Of a stretch of DNA of 50,717 bases, positions 9,105-18,481 are shown one piece after another (the first letter of the stretch is position 1; every line of letters starts with the position of its first letter). Below the pieces are notes generated by a model, which saw nothing but the letters and a program-made list of their open reading frames with translations, did not search any database and was not told the DNA's origin. The DNA is from an uncultured Rheinheimera sp. (GTDB taxonomy: Bacteria > Pseudomonadota > Gammaproteobacteria > Enterobacterales > Alteromonadaceae). The stretch is taken from assembly GCA_964511675.1 (NCBI GenBank), contig CAZEGA010000001.1, positions 1 to 50,717 on the forward strand, written 5' to 3'. The position numbers and the translations under genes are program-made.

Positions 9105-9638
9105 TTATCTATTAAAGAGCTGTTCGACAATTTTCATCGGCAAGAACATGCGAATGCGGCCCTTATGTTCACACAAAACTTCGAACCCGAACTTAGTGTA
9201 AAACGTTTGAGCTGAATCAGTGAGGCAGTCAACGACAACTGCATAAGCTCTCATGTAATGATTCACTTCCCAAAGATATTTGAGTGCACAAATAAGACTA
9301 ATCTTTCCAAGCCCTGTGCCGTGAAACTCTTTATGCACCGCTAGCTGTGCAAGTAAAAATACGGGCACCGGATATTTTGGTAATTTTTGGGCCTGCTTCA
9401 TTGGCAGTGTTTCACGTGCAATTGCACCTGGAGCAACACTATAAAACGCACAAATTGCAAACTGTTGATTTAGCAATGGTTGAGTGCTGGGCAAGACCAT
9501 TGTCCGACTGATCCCTGCTAACATATGTTTTGCGGCTTGAGTTTTAATAAATACATTCAGCTCAGGCTCACCGCAATCAAACGAATTACGATCATGCTTT
9601 GATTTATTAAGTTCAACAAACTCTTTGCCCCAACTCAC
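9105..9638 (-). CDS. GNAT acetyltransferase toxin (AtaT/TacT type)
   Basis: HDRNSFDCGEPELN, LPKYPVPVFLLAQLAV, HGTGLG and FYTKFGF; overlaps the stop of a DUF1778 gene. Confidence 0.88.
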   Translation of the reverse strand: MSWGKEFVELNKSKHDRNSFDCGEPELNVFIKTQAAKHMLAGISRTMVLPSTQPLLNQQFAICAFYSVAPGAIARETLPMKQAQKLPKYPVPVFLLAQLAVHKEFHGTGLGKISLICALKYLWEVNHYMRAYAVVVDCLTDSAQTFYTKFGFEVLCEHKGRIRMFLPMKIVEQLFNR

Positions 9639-9904
9639 TTAATACCACTCTTTTCTGCAAATTTAACCGCATCAAGTAATGCCTTGTTTGGAGATTTGGC
9701 TTTATCGCATGCAATAATAAACTCATCAAAAACACTGTCCCTTACTGTGATATTTTCATGTTTTTCAATAACATCGGTTGAATTTTCATCCATTAACCTG
9801 ACAACATATTCCGTTAGACTCTTTAAACCAAGCAAAGCTGAAGCTTTTTCTGCTTTAGCCTTGATCTCTTCATCAAGTCGAATATCTAAACGAGCTGTAG
9901 CCAT
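9635..9904 (-). CDS. DUF1778 ribbon-helix-helix antitoxin
   Basis: MATARLDIRLDEEIKAKAEKASALLG...SLTEYV...PNKAL; GGAGG RBS. Confidence 0.88.
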   Translation of the reverse strand: MATARLDIRLDEEIKAKAEKASALLGLKSLTEYVVRLMDENSTDVIEKHENITVRDSVFDEFIIACDKAKSPNKALLDAVKFAEKSGIK

Positions 9905-9917
9905 ACCATCCTCCTAT

Positions 9918-9936
9918 GTACGGAAGGCTTCCGTAC
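9918..9936. promoter_or_regulatory. Palindromic operator of the DUF1778-GNAT operon
   Basis: Perfect inverted repeat GTACGGAAG-G-CTTCCGTAC just upstream of the RBS; an extra half-site GTACGGAA lies at 9979-9986. Confidence 0.7.
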
Positions 9937-10112
9937 CGGCTTGAAATTATAGAGTGATTTTTAGGCAGATGCAATTAAGTACGGAAAAACGCCGGAATCT
10001 GATAAAAATATAACGCTCAAAGCAACTGTACGCATCGGCACCTCCATCTCCGACTATTAGGATGTTTTTACTTAGACCTAAATATAGCCCTCTGCCAGCC
10101 GGGCTCAGACAT

Positions 10113-10142
10113 TGGCAATTACCGGCAGATAAGCGTATCATT
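10113..10142 (+). promoter_or_regulatory. Putative sigma70 promoter of the right phd-parE module
   Basis: TGGCAA-17 bp-TATCAT, conserved with 5651-5680. Confidence 0.55.
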
Positions 10143-10174
10143 TTAAGAATTAAGCAGACGATAGAGGTTATATC

Positions 10175-10432
10175 ATGGAGCTATTAACAGTGAGTAAAGC
10201 CAGAGCGCGCTTCGGTAGTGTGTTATCAAATGCACAAACCGAACCGGTGCAGATAAGTAAAAACGGCCAGCCAGCCGCTGTTGTTATATCAGTCAGTGAT
10301 TATGACGAATCAGATATAGTGATGACGAAGTTACTGCAAATGCGCTCTGATGCGGCGGATTTGGCAGAAAAAGAAGGCAGGCTGATTAACGCCGAAGATT
10401 TTGAGAAAAAATTAATGGCGAGGGAATATTGA
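10175..10432 (+). CDS. Phd/YefM family antitoxin
   Basis: MELLTVSKARARFGSVLSNAQTEPVQISKNGQPAAVVIS; paralog of 5357-5614. Confidence 0.88.
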   Translation: MELLTVSKARARFGSVLSNAQTEPVQISKNGQPAAVVISVSDYDESDIVMTKLLQMRSDAADLAEKEGRLINAEDFEKKLMAREY

Positions 10433-10740
10433 CAGGTAAAAAATATAAGCTAACGCCAGAAGCAATACAGGATATTGCGGGCATACAGAGATACACTGAT
10501 ACAAAATGGAGCATAGAGCAATCAGATAAATACCTGTCAGGCATGACAGAAGCAATGACCATGCTTGGCGAACACCCAAAAGCGGGAACAATAAAGCCTG
10601 AGATAGTGGGGAAGCGAAAGCTGTATAGCTTTAGATACGAAAGGCACTTTATTTACTACAAAATAAGCACTGGCTTTATCGTGATAACCGCCGTAATAAG
10701 CATATCCATGCACCAAAAAGGGCAAGTCAAAGGCCGCTAG
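10429..10740 (+). CDS. ParE/RelE family toxin
   Basis: YKLTPEAIQDIAGIQRYT..KWSIEQSDKY...HPKAG...HFIYYK; 4-bp overlap with the antitoxin. Confidence 0.85.
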   Translation: MTGKKYKLTPEAIQDIAGIQRYTDTKWSIEQSDKYLSGMTEAMTMLGEHPKAGTIKPEIVGKRKLYSFRYERHFIYYKISTGFIVITAVISISMHQKGQVKGR

Positions 10741-10765
10741 ATCAATAGGGCCAGAGACATTGATT
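10741..10765 (+). repeat. Third copy of the 25-bp palindromic repeat
   Basis: ATCAATAGGGCCAGAGACATTGATT, 23/25 identical to 8913-8937; ATCAAT...ATTGAT ends are self-complementary. Confidence 0.85.
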
Positions 10766-10846
10766 TTTTGACATTTGCCGGCTATTTCCCCGCGCGGTGA
10801 CATGATAAAAAGCACCTTCAAACTCCAGCCGTAGCGGTCTGGCCAT
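10742..10846 (-). pseudogene. N-terminal remnant of a second RAYT/Y1 transposase
   Basis: AAGG RBS, then MARPLRLEFEGAFYHVTARGNSRQ, the characteristic Y1_Tnp N-terminus, which runs straight into the 25-bp repeat and stops. Confidence 0.8.
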
Positions 10847-10916
10847 CCTTAGCTCTCTGTTAATTATTTTTTAATAAAAAATAGCATATTCCACCAGAAA
10901 GTCTAAAAATCAACAT

Positions 10917-11330
10917 TCAAGGCCTGACCCTCAGCTCCTTAACACCTAATGTCAGGCTTTGCGGCATCACCGTGCCACTGCCCTCTACCACGGTGGCTAC
11001 CTGGTACTGCAGCGGCGTAAAACTGGCATTTACCTGGCAATTCGCCAGCACAGGTGCGGTGGTGTACACCGCGGCATTTAACTGGCCGCCGCAGCCACTC
11101 GCACTGGCAATAGCAAAACCGGCATCTGGCTGCAGAGTAAAACTGGTAGTTTGGCCGCTGCGGACACTTTTACTGGCTGGCGTAATACTACCGCCAGTGC
11201 CGGCAACAGCAGACACGGTATAGTTAACCGGTTCCGGCGTTTTATTGCCAGAGCCCTCGCCAGACCCACCACCACACCCCAGTAAAAACAAAGGCAAAAT
11301 CAAACAAAAATTACGGCTATTCAACAGCAT
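10917..11330 (-). pseudogene. Lipoprotein with beta-rich surface repeat (InlB B-repeat-like), truncated
   Basis: Lipobox LLGC, Gly/Ser linker, one full repeat (YTVSAVAGTGGSITP...SGCGG...CQVNASF). The second repeat breaks off at GGGTCAGGCCTTGAA. Confidence 0.62.
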
Positions 11331-11448
11331 AGCAGGCTCCTGGCAAAGATAAGGCGGTCAGTATAACCGCAAAATTGCCAAATTCTCTAGCGCTAACGTC
11401 AAGCAAGGCAAACCATACGCATCAGTACTATGGACAAAAGCGCTTGCA

Positions 11449-12513
11449 TCAGTGTTTACCAGCTAACAGCTCTGCAAAAGCAACAAAACTGCTAAATGCC
11501 ACACGCTCTCTCTCTGCAATAAGTAACGTAAAGCTTTGCACTTTTTGTAACACGGCCTGTTGTGCCGCTTGGTATCGTTCGGCACTATCAACTGTTGGTT
11601 CAAACTCACGCAAAGCTTGTCTCGCTTCATCTACTGACATGCCAAAAATATTAACAACAGCTTGGTTATTTTGGTTGATTACTTCATAGAGTCGACTATC
11701 TGGCTCAGCATAGGTTATTGGTATGGCATTAATAGCAAAGGCATCAAAAGGTTTTTCAGTAATATAATTCCCCAGCACGGTATTCTCTATTGCTGACATC
11801 AACATTACATTACCGTGCAAACTAGTCAGTTTATCTAAATGCCAATCAGGCAAAGCTTGTCGCGGTATCTCGTTGTGCCACCCCTTGCCCTGCACGCTAG
11901 CCCCATTCAATGGCAAGAAACGCGCCGCCAGCTCGCTGCGATACAAACTTAAACCCAGTAGGTCGCCAGTCGGGCTAACTTTATGATATTTCGCGTCGGT
12001 ACGCTTTTCTGCCATAAAGACCTGCTGCCATCTTGCTGCATGCCACATTGCCAATAGTTGCGACACCGACATACTAAGATTGTGGCTCAGCAAGCGGCTA
12101 TAGCGCTGCACATAATGATTTTCTGTCGTGATGAAATATGGAATATATTCAAAGTCGAAAATATTGCAGGTCGCATGATTCAAAAAGTGATAGCGAAATG
12201 TCTGGCTAACACCATTTACCTGGGTAGTAAACTCCCCCAACGGTTGAGTAAAATCTTTATACCACAAGCTATCCCACAACGGTTCTTCAGAAAACACCAC
12301 CAGCTTTAGATCTGGTCGGACCTTTTGCCAGGCCAATATCTGCGACGCCTCGCTGCGCAAATCAACAAAATAGCTGGCGATAATAAAATCAGCGGCCAAT
12401 GGCTCGGTGACAAAATCAAAATACGGCAAAAAATATGGCCGATAATCTGAGTAGGCCAACGGCGTGCGCTTGGCGTGTTTGCCGGGTAACAAATACACTT
12501 TGATCTTATTCAT
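11449..12513 (-). CDS. Putative GT10-like (alpha-1,3/4-fucosyltransferase-type) glycosyltransferase
   Basis: SAIENTVLGNYITEKPFDAF..NAIPI resembles the GT10 EN..xY(I/V)TEK..A motif; lies downstream of the GDP-fucose genes. Confidence 0.6.
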   Translation of the reverse strand: MNKIKVYLLPGKHAKRTPLAYSDYRPYFLPYFDFVTEPLAADFIIASYFVDLRSEASQILAWQKVRPDLKLVVFSEEPLWDSLWYKDFTQPLGEFTTQVNGVSQTFRYHFLNHATCNIFDFEYIPYFITTENHYVQRYSRLLSHNLSMSVSQLLAMWHAARWQQVFMAEKRTDAKYHKVSPTGDLLGLSLYRSELAARFLPLNGASVQGKGWHNEIPRQALPDWHLDKLTSLHGNVMLMSAIENTVLGNYITEKPFDAFAINAIPITYAEPDSRLYEVINQNNQAVVNIFGMSVDEARQALREFEPTVDSAERYQAAQQAVLQKVQSFTLLIAERERVAFSSFVAFAELLAGKH

Positions 12514-13147
12514 TGCTAGTGCATTGCTCCATCCAGCGAACTACCGGTTTAAAGTGCTCTGGGGCTGCAGTTTGCAGCGCGTGTTGCGCAGCGGTTCTTA
12601 GTGGAAGCGAGCAGACCAATTGCATATCAAGTAATAAGTAACTTTGTAAAGTAAGCAAAAAAGTGGAGGCAGAATAGGCATTACTTTGCTGCATCGCTGC
12701 AGCTGCCATCATCATTAACGCCGCATTCCTTTGTTGATAACGCTCAGACACCCGGCAACTTAAAAACAACTCTAGAGAAATCAGCCATGCAGGCGAAAAA
12801 AGCCCTTGCGTTTCATCCGCTATCGCGACGGAAAATTCAGGGTCCTGGCTGTTTAGGCTAAAACAGCGCTGGGGCGTAATAATCACCTCAATGGCCAGCG
12901 ATGCAAACAACTCACGCAAAGATGCATCCAGCGGTTCAGTCATTACCGCCACACGGCATAAACAACGGCGATGCGATAATTGGTGTCTAAGCTGATGCAA
13001 GGCAGCATTATCTGCAGCTAACTGTTGCCAGTTAAACGCTAACAACGTAACCGCTGGCAACGTGGCAAGCATACTGTTTGATAACAGCGTAACCGTTTCT
13101 TGCAAAAACACGTCGGCCGGTAAATTATTGCTGCACAATACTTTCAA
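12506..13147 (-). CDS. Hypothetical protein
   Basis: 213-aa ORF (TTG start) that fills the gap between manB and the GT10-like gene and overlaps the latter; no motif recognised. Confidence 0.55.
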   Translation of the reverse strand: MKVLCSNNLPADVFLQETVTLLSNSMLATLPAVTLLAFNWQQLAADNAALHQLRHQLSHRRCLCRVAVMTEPLDASLRELFASLAIEVIITPQRCFSLNSQDPEFSVAIADETQGLFSPAWLISLELFLSCRVSERYQQRNAALMMMAAAAMQQSNAYSASTFLLTLQSYLLLDMQLVCSLPLRTAAQHALQTAAPEHFKPVVRWMEQCTSNE

Positions 13148-13193
13148 ACCAATATCTCGCTTCCGGCTGTAGGTAATAACTGGACTGGTCTAA

Positions 13194-14603
13194 TCAGAAA
13201 GCGTTGGCCAAAACCTGAGCCACAAGCGCAATAGCTTCTGCCTCAGTATTTGATTCGCAATAACATCTTAGCTCCGGTGCATTGCCGGAGGGACGCAGAT
13301 GTACAATATCACCGTCAACAAAGGTCATTCGAAGTCCATCAGTGTTATCGATACTCAACAACGCCTTATGATCCAGCGACAGCATGTTCAGGCTTTGCTC
13401 TGGCTGGGCAATAACCCTGTCTAGCAGTTGTTGGCTGCGCGTCGCAGGTACATTTTGGACACGATCACTGGCGGTAAAACGCTGCGGCAGCATAGCCAGC
13501 AATGCCGACACCGGCCGCTCCGCAGCAAATACAAGAACGGCCAGTGCAGGTAACAAGGCATCGCGCGTGGGTAACGCTTTAAGCGCTTTGTCGGCAATAA
13601 TAATATCGCTACCCAACAAAAAGCCACCGTTCGCCTCAAAACCGGCATAGCTGCGCTCTGTTTTTAATGTTTCAAAAGCAGCAATAACATAAGGCGAACC
13701 AATGCGGGTACGAAGTACCTTATTGAAAACACCACTTTTTTCAATAGCGGTATTGCAGCTAACAGGTACAGCCAGTGCATCTATACCCAAGGCTTTAGCG
13801 CACAACAGCCCGACAATATCGCCACGCAGCCAATGGCCATTCTCGTCAGCCAACAAGGGCCTATCGCCATCGCCATCGGTAGAAAAAATCGCATCAAATT
13901 GAAACTGTTTAGCCCACTGCACACCTTTTTGCTTATCGGCGTCACTAACCGCTTCCGTGTCAATGGGCACAAAATGATCACTTCGCTCAAGCCGGGTGAC
14001 TTTGGCACCTAATGCTTCAAATATTTGATAATAAAGTTCTCTGCCTGCGCTTGAATGTTCATATATGCCGATATGTTTACCCGACAAAATACCTGCAGGG
14101 TAAATACTCAGGTAACGCTGCAGGTAGTTTTGGGCGGCACTGTCTAATACCGCTAGCGTTGCTGGTGTAAACAGAGGTAAGGGGTTATTTACCGATAAAA
14201 TAGCCTGTTCATCCGCTTTACTAATTTCGCCATCCGGTCGATAAAATTTAATACCGTTTCTATCAAACGGAATATGGCTGCCGGTAATCATTATCGCCGG
14301 TACCTTATCCTGCATAGCCTGATACGCCAGTGCTGGTGTGGGTAATACACCATAAAAATCCACCTGAACGCCAATAGCCTGAAGCACACCCGCTACTGCG
14401 GCCGCCATTTTTGGGCTACTCGGGCGGTTATCTATCGCCACAGCAACCCGGTTAAAAGTGAAGCCTTGCTGCATAACCTTGATAAAATTAACGGCAAAAG
14501 CAGCACAGACATCATCGGTAAGATCAGCTACTAAGCCCCTAACGCCACTGGTACCAAAGGCGACATGACTTCGCTGAATAACCTGTGTCGTATTCAACGC
14601 CAT
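13194..14603 (-). CDS. manB: Phosphomannomutase
   Basis: FGTSGVRG, ITGSHIP, DGDGDR, GFEANGG and RPSGNAPELRCY. Start at ATG 14603. Confidence 0.95.
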   Translation of the reverse strand: MALNTTQVIQRSHVAFGTSGVRGLVADLTDDVCAAFAVNFIKVMQQGFTFNRVAVAIDNRPSSPKMAAAVAGVLQAIGVQVDFYGVLPTPALAYQAMQDKVPAIMITGSHIPFDRNGIKFYRPDGEISKADEQAILSVNNPLPLFTPATLAVLDSAAQNYLQRYLSIYPAGILSGKHIGIYEHSSAGRELYYQIFEALGAKVTRLERSDHFVPIDTEAVSDADKQKGVQWAKQFQFDAIFSTDGDGDRPLLADENGHWLRGDIVGLLCAKALGIDALAVPVSCNTAIEKSGVFNKVLRTRIGSPYVIAAFETLKTERSYAGFEANGGFLLGSDIIIADKALKALPTRDALLPALAVLVFAAERPVSALLAMLPQRFTASDRVQNVPATRSQQLLDRVIAQPEQSLNMLSLDHKALLSIDNTDGLRMTFVDGDIVHLRPSGNAPELRCYCESNTEAEAIALVAQVLANAF

Positions 14604-14604
14604 T

Positions 14605-16008
14605 TTAAGCCCTACCATAGCGGTCAGAAAAACGCACTATGTCGTCTTCGCCTAAATAGGAACCCGATTGCACCTCAATCAACTCAAGTGGAATTTTACC
14701 CGGATTTTCTAAAGCATGTACTGCCCCAAGCGGGATATAAACCGACTGGTTTTCGCTTAATAGCGTATCTTTGCCATCAACAGTTACATTTGCCGTACCC
14801 GACACCACTATCCAATGTTCGGCACGGTGATGATGCATTTGAATCGACAACTTCTCGCCGGGTTTAACCGTAATACGCTTAACCTGATAACGCTCGCCGT
14901 TATCAATAGAGTCGTATTTGCCCCAAGGGCGGTAAACTTCGCGATGCACCTTGTGTTCACTTCGTCCGGCCGCTTTTAGTTGCTGCACTATGGCTTTAAC
15001 GTCCTGCACTTTATCTTTCGCGGCAACCAGCACGGCATCTTTGGTTTGCACCACCACCACATTGTCCAAGCCAACAGTCGCTACCAGGCTAGTTTCGGCA
15101 AACACATAGTTATTACTGCTATTTACCGTTAACACATCGCCTTGATGCACATTGCCGTTAGCGTCTTTATGGCTAATGTCCCATAAAGAAGACCAGGCAC
15201 CTACATCACTCCAACCGGCGTCCAGCGGCACCACTACGGCATCAGCCGTTTTTTCCATTACCGCATAATCTATTGAGTCATCCGGACACGCGATAAAGGC
15301 TTCTTTATTTACCCGAATAAAATCTAAATCCGGGTCTACTTCTGCCATGGCTAGCTCACAGGCGGTATAGATATCAGGCCGATGCTGTTTTAATTCAGCC
15401 AAAAATACACTGGCTTTAAACATAAACATGCCACTGTTCCAGTAATATTCACCACTGGCTAAATAAGACTGCGCAGTAACAAAATTAGGCTTCTCGACAA
15501 ACTGCGACACAGTAAAAGCGCTACCCGATGGGGTACCCCGTTTGATGTAGCCGTAGCCCGTTTCAGCCGCCGTAGGCACAATACCAAAAGTGACTAATTT
15601 ATTATCTGCTGCAAATGTTGCCGCCTGCTGCACAGCACCAGTAAAAGCGCTGGTATCGGCAATAACATGATCTGCCGCCAACACTAATAACAGCGGATCA
15701 GTGCCCTTTTTCACTGCCGTTAATGCAGCTAGTGCAATGGCCGGGGCGGTGTTACGCCCGGCAGGCTCTAAAATAATATTGTGGTCCAGCTGCTGTATCT
15801 GCCTAAGTTGCTCAGCCGCAATAAAGCGATGCTCTTCATTACATATAACCAGTGGCGGTAATGCATCAACATCCTTTAACCGGCGTACCGTGGCTTGCAG
15901 CATAGTTTGTTTGCCATCAAGTTTTAGAAATTGCTTTGGCATTAAATCGCGTGACAGTGGCCACAACCGGCTACCGGTGCCGCCGGCCATAATAACAGGA
16001 AGAATCAT
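14605..16008 (-). CDS. manC: Mannose-1-phosphate guanylyltransferase / mannose-6-phosphate isomerase
   Basis: [36 protein letters not shown]-terminal cupin ([12 protein letters not shown]). Confidence 0.97.
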   Translation of the reverse strand: MILPVIMAGGTGSRLWPLSRDLMPKQFLKLDGKQTMLQATVRRLKDVDALPPLVICNEEHRFIAAEQLRQIQQLDHNIILEPAGRNTAPAIALAALTAVKKGTDPLLLVLAADHVIADTSAFTGAVQQAATFAADNKLVTFGIVPTAAETGYGYIKRGTPSGSAFTVSQFVEKPNFVTAQSYLASGEYYWNSGMFMFKASVFLAELKQHRPDIYTACELAMAEVDPDLDFIRVNKEAFIACPDDSIDYAVMEKTADAVVVPLDAGWSDVGAWSSLWDISHKDANGNVHQGDVLTVNSSNNYVFAETSLVATVGLDNVVVVQTKDAVLVAAKDKVQDVKAIVQQLKAAGRSEHKVHREVYRPWGKYDSIDNGERYQVKRITVKPGEKLSIQMHHHRAEHWIVVSGTANVTVDGKDTLLSENQSVYIPLGAVHALENPGKIPLELIEVQSGSYLGEDDIVRFSDRYGRA

Positions 16009-16010
16009 GG

Positions 16011-16469
16011 TTAATCCTTAGAAGAAAAATAAGCTTTGGTATGTGGATGTACATCTGGGTGCGATAACAGCTCTTTGACACTAAACCATTGATAATCAGC
16101 ATGCTGCTCTTGGGGTAAATTAACTAATTGCGCAACCCTAAGGCGATATGCGATGGCCACATAATGTGTTGAAGGCGCAGCACCAAAAACACTATCTGTG
16201 TAGAAATGGTCATAAGGCCCCTGCAATGTCGCATCCCCGATTGAGAATTTTAACCCCAATTCATTTAACGTTAATCGCTCAAAAGCAGACGCTAAGGTTT
16301 CGTTTTTCAAGATACGCCCGCCTGGGACAAACCAAAAACCTTGCGCCGGACGATTGTTGCGCCGGCCTAATAGTATTTGCCCCCGCTGGTTTTCAATAAG
16401 CAGATCTATCGACACCAAAGGCGTACTAGCTAATACGGTGGTAAACGTAGTGTTATCTAAAAACATCAA
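16011..16469 (-). CDS. gmm: GDP-mannose mannosyl hydrolase (Nudix)
   Basis: [29 protein letters not shown] and THYV; lies between fcl and manC. Confidence 0.93.
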   Translation of the reverse strand: MMFLDNTTFTTVLASTPLVSIDLLIENQRGQILLGRRNNRPAQGFWFVPGGRILKNETLASAFERLTLNELGLKFSIGDATLQGPYDHFYTDSVFGAAPSTHYVAIAYRLRVAQLVNLPQEQHADYQWFSVKELLSHPDVHPHTKAYFSSKD

Positions 16470-16470
16470 C

Positions 16471-17433
16471 CTATGCTCTAAAATTATCCTGGTTTTCCAA
16501 AAACCATTGATAGGCGTTGCGCAACCCTGTCTCTAGTTCAATAGAATACTGCCAACCCAGCGCCTTTAGACGGTCAACATTCATCAACTTGCGTGGCGCG
16601 CCATCTGGCTTAGAGGTATCCCAGACAATGCTTCCCTTAAAGCCAACTACCTTCGCTACCGTCTCCGTCAGTTGTTTAATAGTGCAATCAACCCCTGTAC
16701 CCACATTAATATGGCTTAACATGGGTTGGGTATTGGCGTCATAAGTAGCGCTATCCAATTGCATCACAAAAATGCTGGCAGCCGCCATATCGTCAACATG
16801 CAAAAATTCCCGCATTGGCGAGCCACTGCCCCAGGCAACAACTTCTGCAGCACCCGCAAGCTTCGCTTCATGAAAACGGCGTAACAAGGCAGGTATCACA
16901 TGGCTATTATTCGGGTGATAGTTGTCATTAGGGCCATATAAATTGGTTGGCATTACGCTTCTGTAATCACGACCATACTGGCGGTTATAACTTTCACACA
17001 GCTTAATACCGGCTATTTTGGCAATGGCATAAGGCTCATTCGTCGGCTCTAAAGTGCCGGTTAACAACGCCGTTTCAGCCATAGGCTGCGCGGCTAATTT
17101 TGGATAAATACAGCTGGATCCCAAAAACAATAACTTCTGTACATTATTAACATGCGCTGCATGAATAATGTTGGCTTGAATCATTAAGTTTTCATAAATA
17201 AAATCAGCTGGATAAGTGTTATTGGCAATAATACCACCTACCTTGGCTGCTGCCAGGTACACTTCGTCAATTTGCTGTTCAGCAAAAAACGCCTGAACCG
17301 CCGCCTGGCTGGTTAAATCTAGTTCTTTACGGCTGCGGGTTATTATTTCTACGTCGCTGCGCTTCGCCAGCTGTCGCACTATAGCAGAGCCAACCATACC
17401 ATTATGGCCAGCTATAAAAATTGTTTTCATCAA
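16471..17433 (-). CDS. fcl: GDP-L-fucose synthase
   Basis: [31 protein letters not shown] and MPTNLYGP. Confidence 0.96.
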   Translation of the reverse strand: MMKTIFIAGHNGMVGSAIVRQLAKRSDVEIITRSRKELDLTSQAAVQAFFAEQQIDEVYLAAAKVGGIIANNTYPADFIYENLMIQANIIHAAHVNNVQKLLFLGSSCIYPKLAAQPMAETALLTGTLEPTNEPYAIAKIAGIKLCESYNRQYGRDYRSVMPTNLYGPNDNYHPNNSHVIPALLRRFHEAKLAGAAEVVAWGSGSPMREFLHVDDMAAASIFVMQLDSATYDANTQPMLSHINVGTGVDCTIKQLTETVAKVVGFKGSIVWDTSKPDGAPRKLMNVDRLKALGWQYSIELETGLRNAYQWFLENQDNFRA

Positions 17434-17435
17434 TA

Positions 17436-18473
17436 TTATGCCCTAACAATAGTTCCTGTATAAACTTTTGGCGGCTCGCCGGGATTACCATCACGAACGT
17501 CAAGCGATGATTTATATTCTGCTATTAACTTGTTTGCCAACTCTCGTCCGAAATAAGCGCGCACAAATGAGAAAATTATTTTAACCACAATATATCTGGA
17601 AACATGTCTTACAACATTGTCATCGGTCGCGTATACCGGATATGGTAAGTGAGGTCCAAGCCACTTAACAATCTCAAAAGAAGGCCAATACCAGACGTTA
17701 TCCAACTTAAGCTCGATAAGTGCATTAAGGGCGAGGCGTAAAGTTGACTTTGAAACACAGTCCGCTGTGATACAAGAGCTACCGGTAAAAGTGGCTTTTA
17801 ATGGTACAGGAGACAATGTGAAGATAATCTGCGCTTTCGAGTTAACACTACGAATTGTGCTTATCAGATTCCTAAGATTCTCGATGTTTTCATCTACCGA
17901 CGATAACCTCAAATGATGCTGTCCAGCATTGAAAACCGCTTCTGGCACTCCCCGCCAAAATACCATATTTGTTGATTTGTCTTCCCACACTTCAGCCAAA
18001 CCTAAGGTGAAAACAAATACATCGGTTTGCTCTATATACCGTCTGTATTCTGCCAACTCAGCCGCAGGGGTCCAATCCTGGATACCATCTTCACCTGCAC
18101 AATAGCGATAACCTTTTGCCGTTTCACGGCCTGTCACACACCAACTAATGAAATCTCTGAGCGCAAACGTATTATTCAGCCCAGATGGAACCCAAAAGCT
18201 ATCAGAAGAAACGCCACAATCTGCAAGAAAATGTCTTAGCTCTGCCGCAAAGCATGAGCCTAAAGTTGTCACTCTACTATTAAGTTGCAGAATCGGCTTC
18301 GAAGGGGTATGGCCGCTAATAACAAAATTGTCTATTAGCGAATCCAAATCAGCAAAAGCATTTTTGTTGTCAGGATAAAAAAGAGCAGCATCGCTATGCC
18401 ACTTTTCTCCCCATGATGCCGGCCCACTTCCCACTCTTATGGAAGTTAAGGTACCCACTTCGCGACCTTTCAT
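17436..18473 (-). CDS. GSCFA domain protein
   Basis: [32 protein letters not shown] and YWPSFEI. Confidence 0.85.
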   Translation of the reverse strand: MKGREVGTLTSIRVGSGPASWGEKWHSDAALFYPDNKNAFADLDSLIDNFVISGHTPSKPILQLNSRVTTLGSCFAAELRHFLADCGVSSDSFWVPSGLNNTFALRDFISWCVTGRETAKGYRYCAGEDGIQDWTPAAELAEYRRYIEQTDVFVFTLGLAEVWEDKSTNMVFWRGVPEAVFNAGQHHLRLSSVDENIENLRNLISTIRSVNSKAQIIFTLSPVPLKATFTGSSCITADCVSKSTLRLALNALIELKLDNVWYWPSFEIVKWLGPHLPYPVYATDDNVVRHVSRYIVVKIIFSFVRAYFGRELANKLIAEYKSSLDVRDGNPGEPPKVYTGTIVRA

Positions 18474-18481
18474 AATGCAAC

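Noticed and set aside
8913..10765. 25-bp repeats as a CRISPR array or integron attC sites
   Set aside because: Only three copies, in mixed orientation with irregular spacing. No cas or integrase gene, and no RYYYAAC/GTTRRRY ends.
11341..11380. Imperfect hairpin TGGCAA..GCGGT..ACCGC..TTGCCA
   Set aside because: Could be a terminator or operator, but it has bulges and no clear U-tract.
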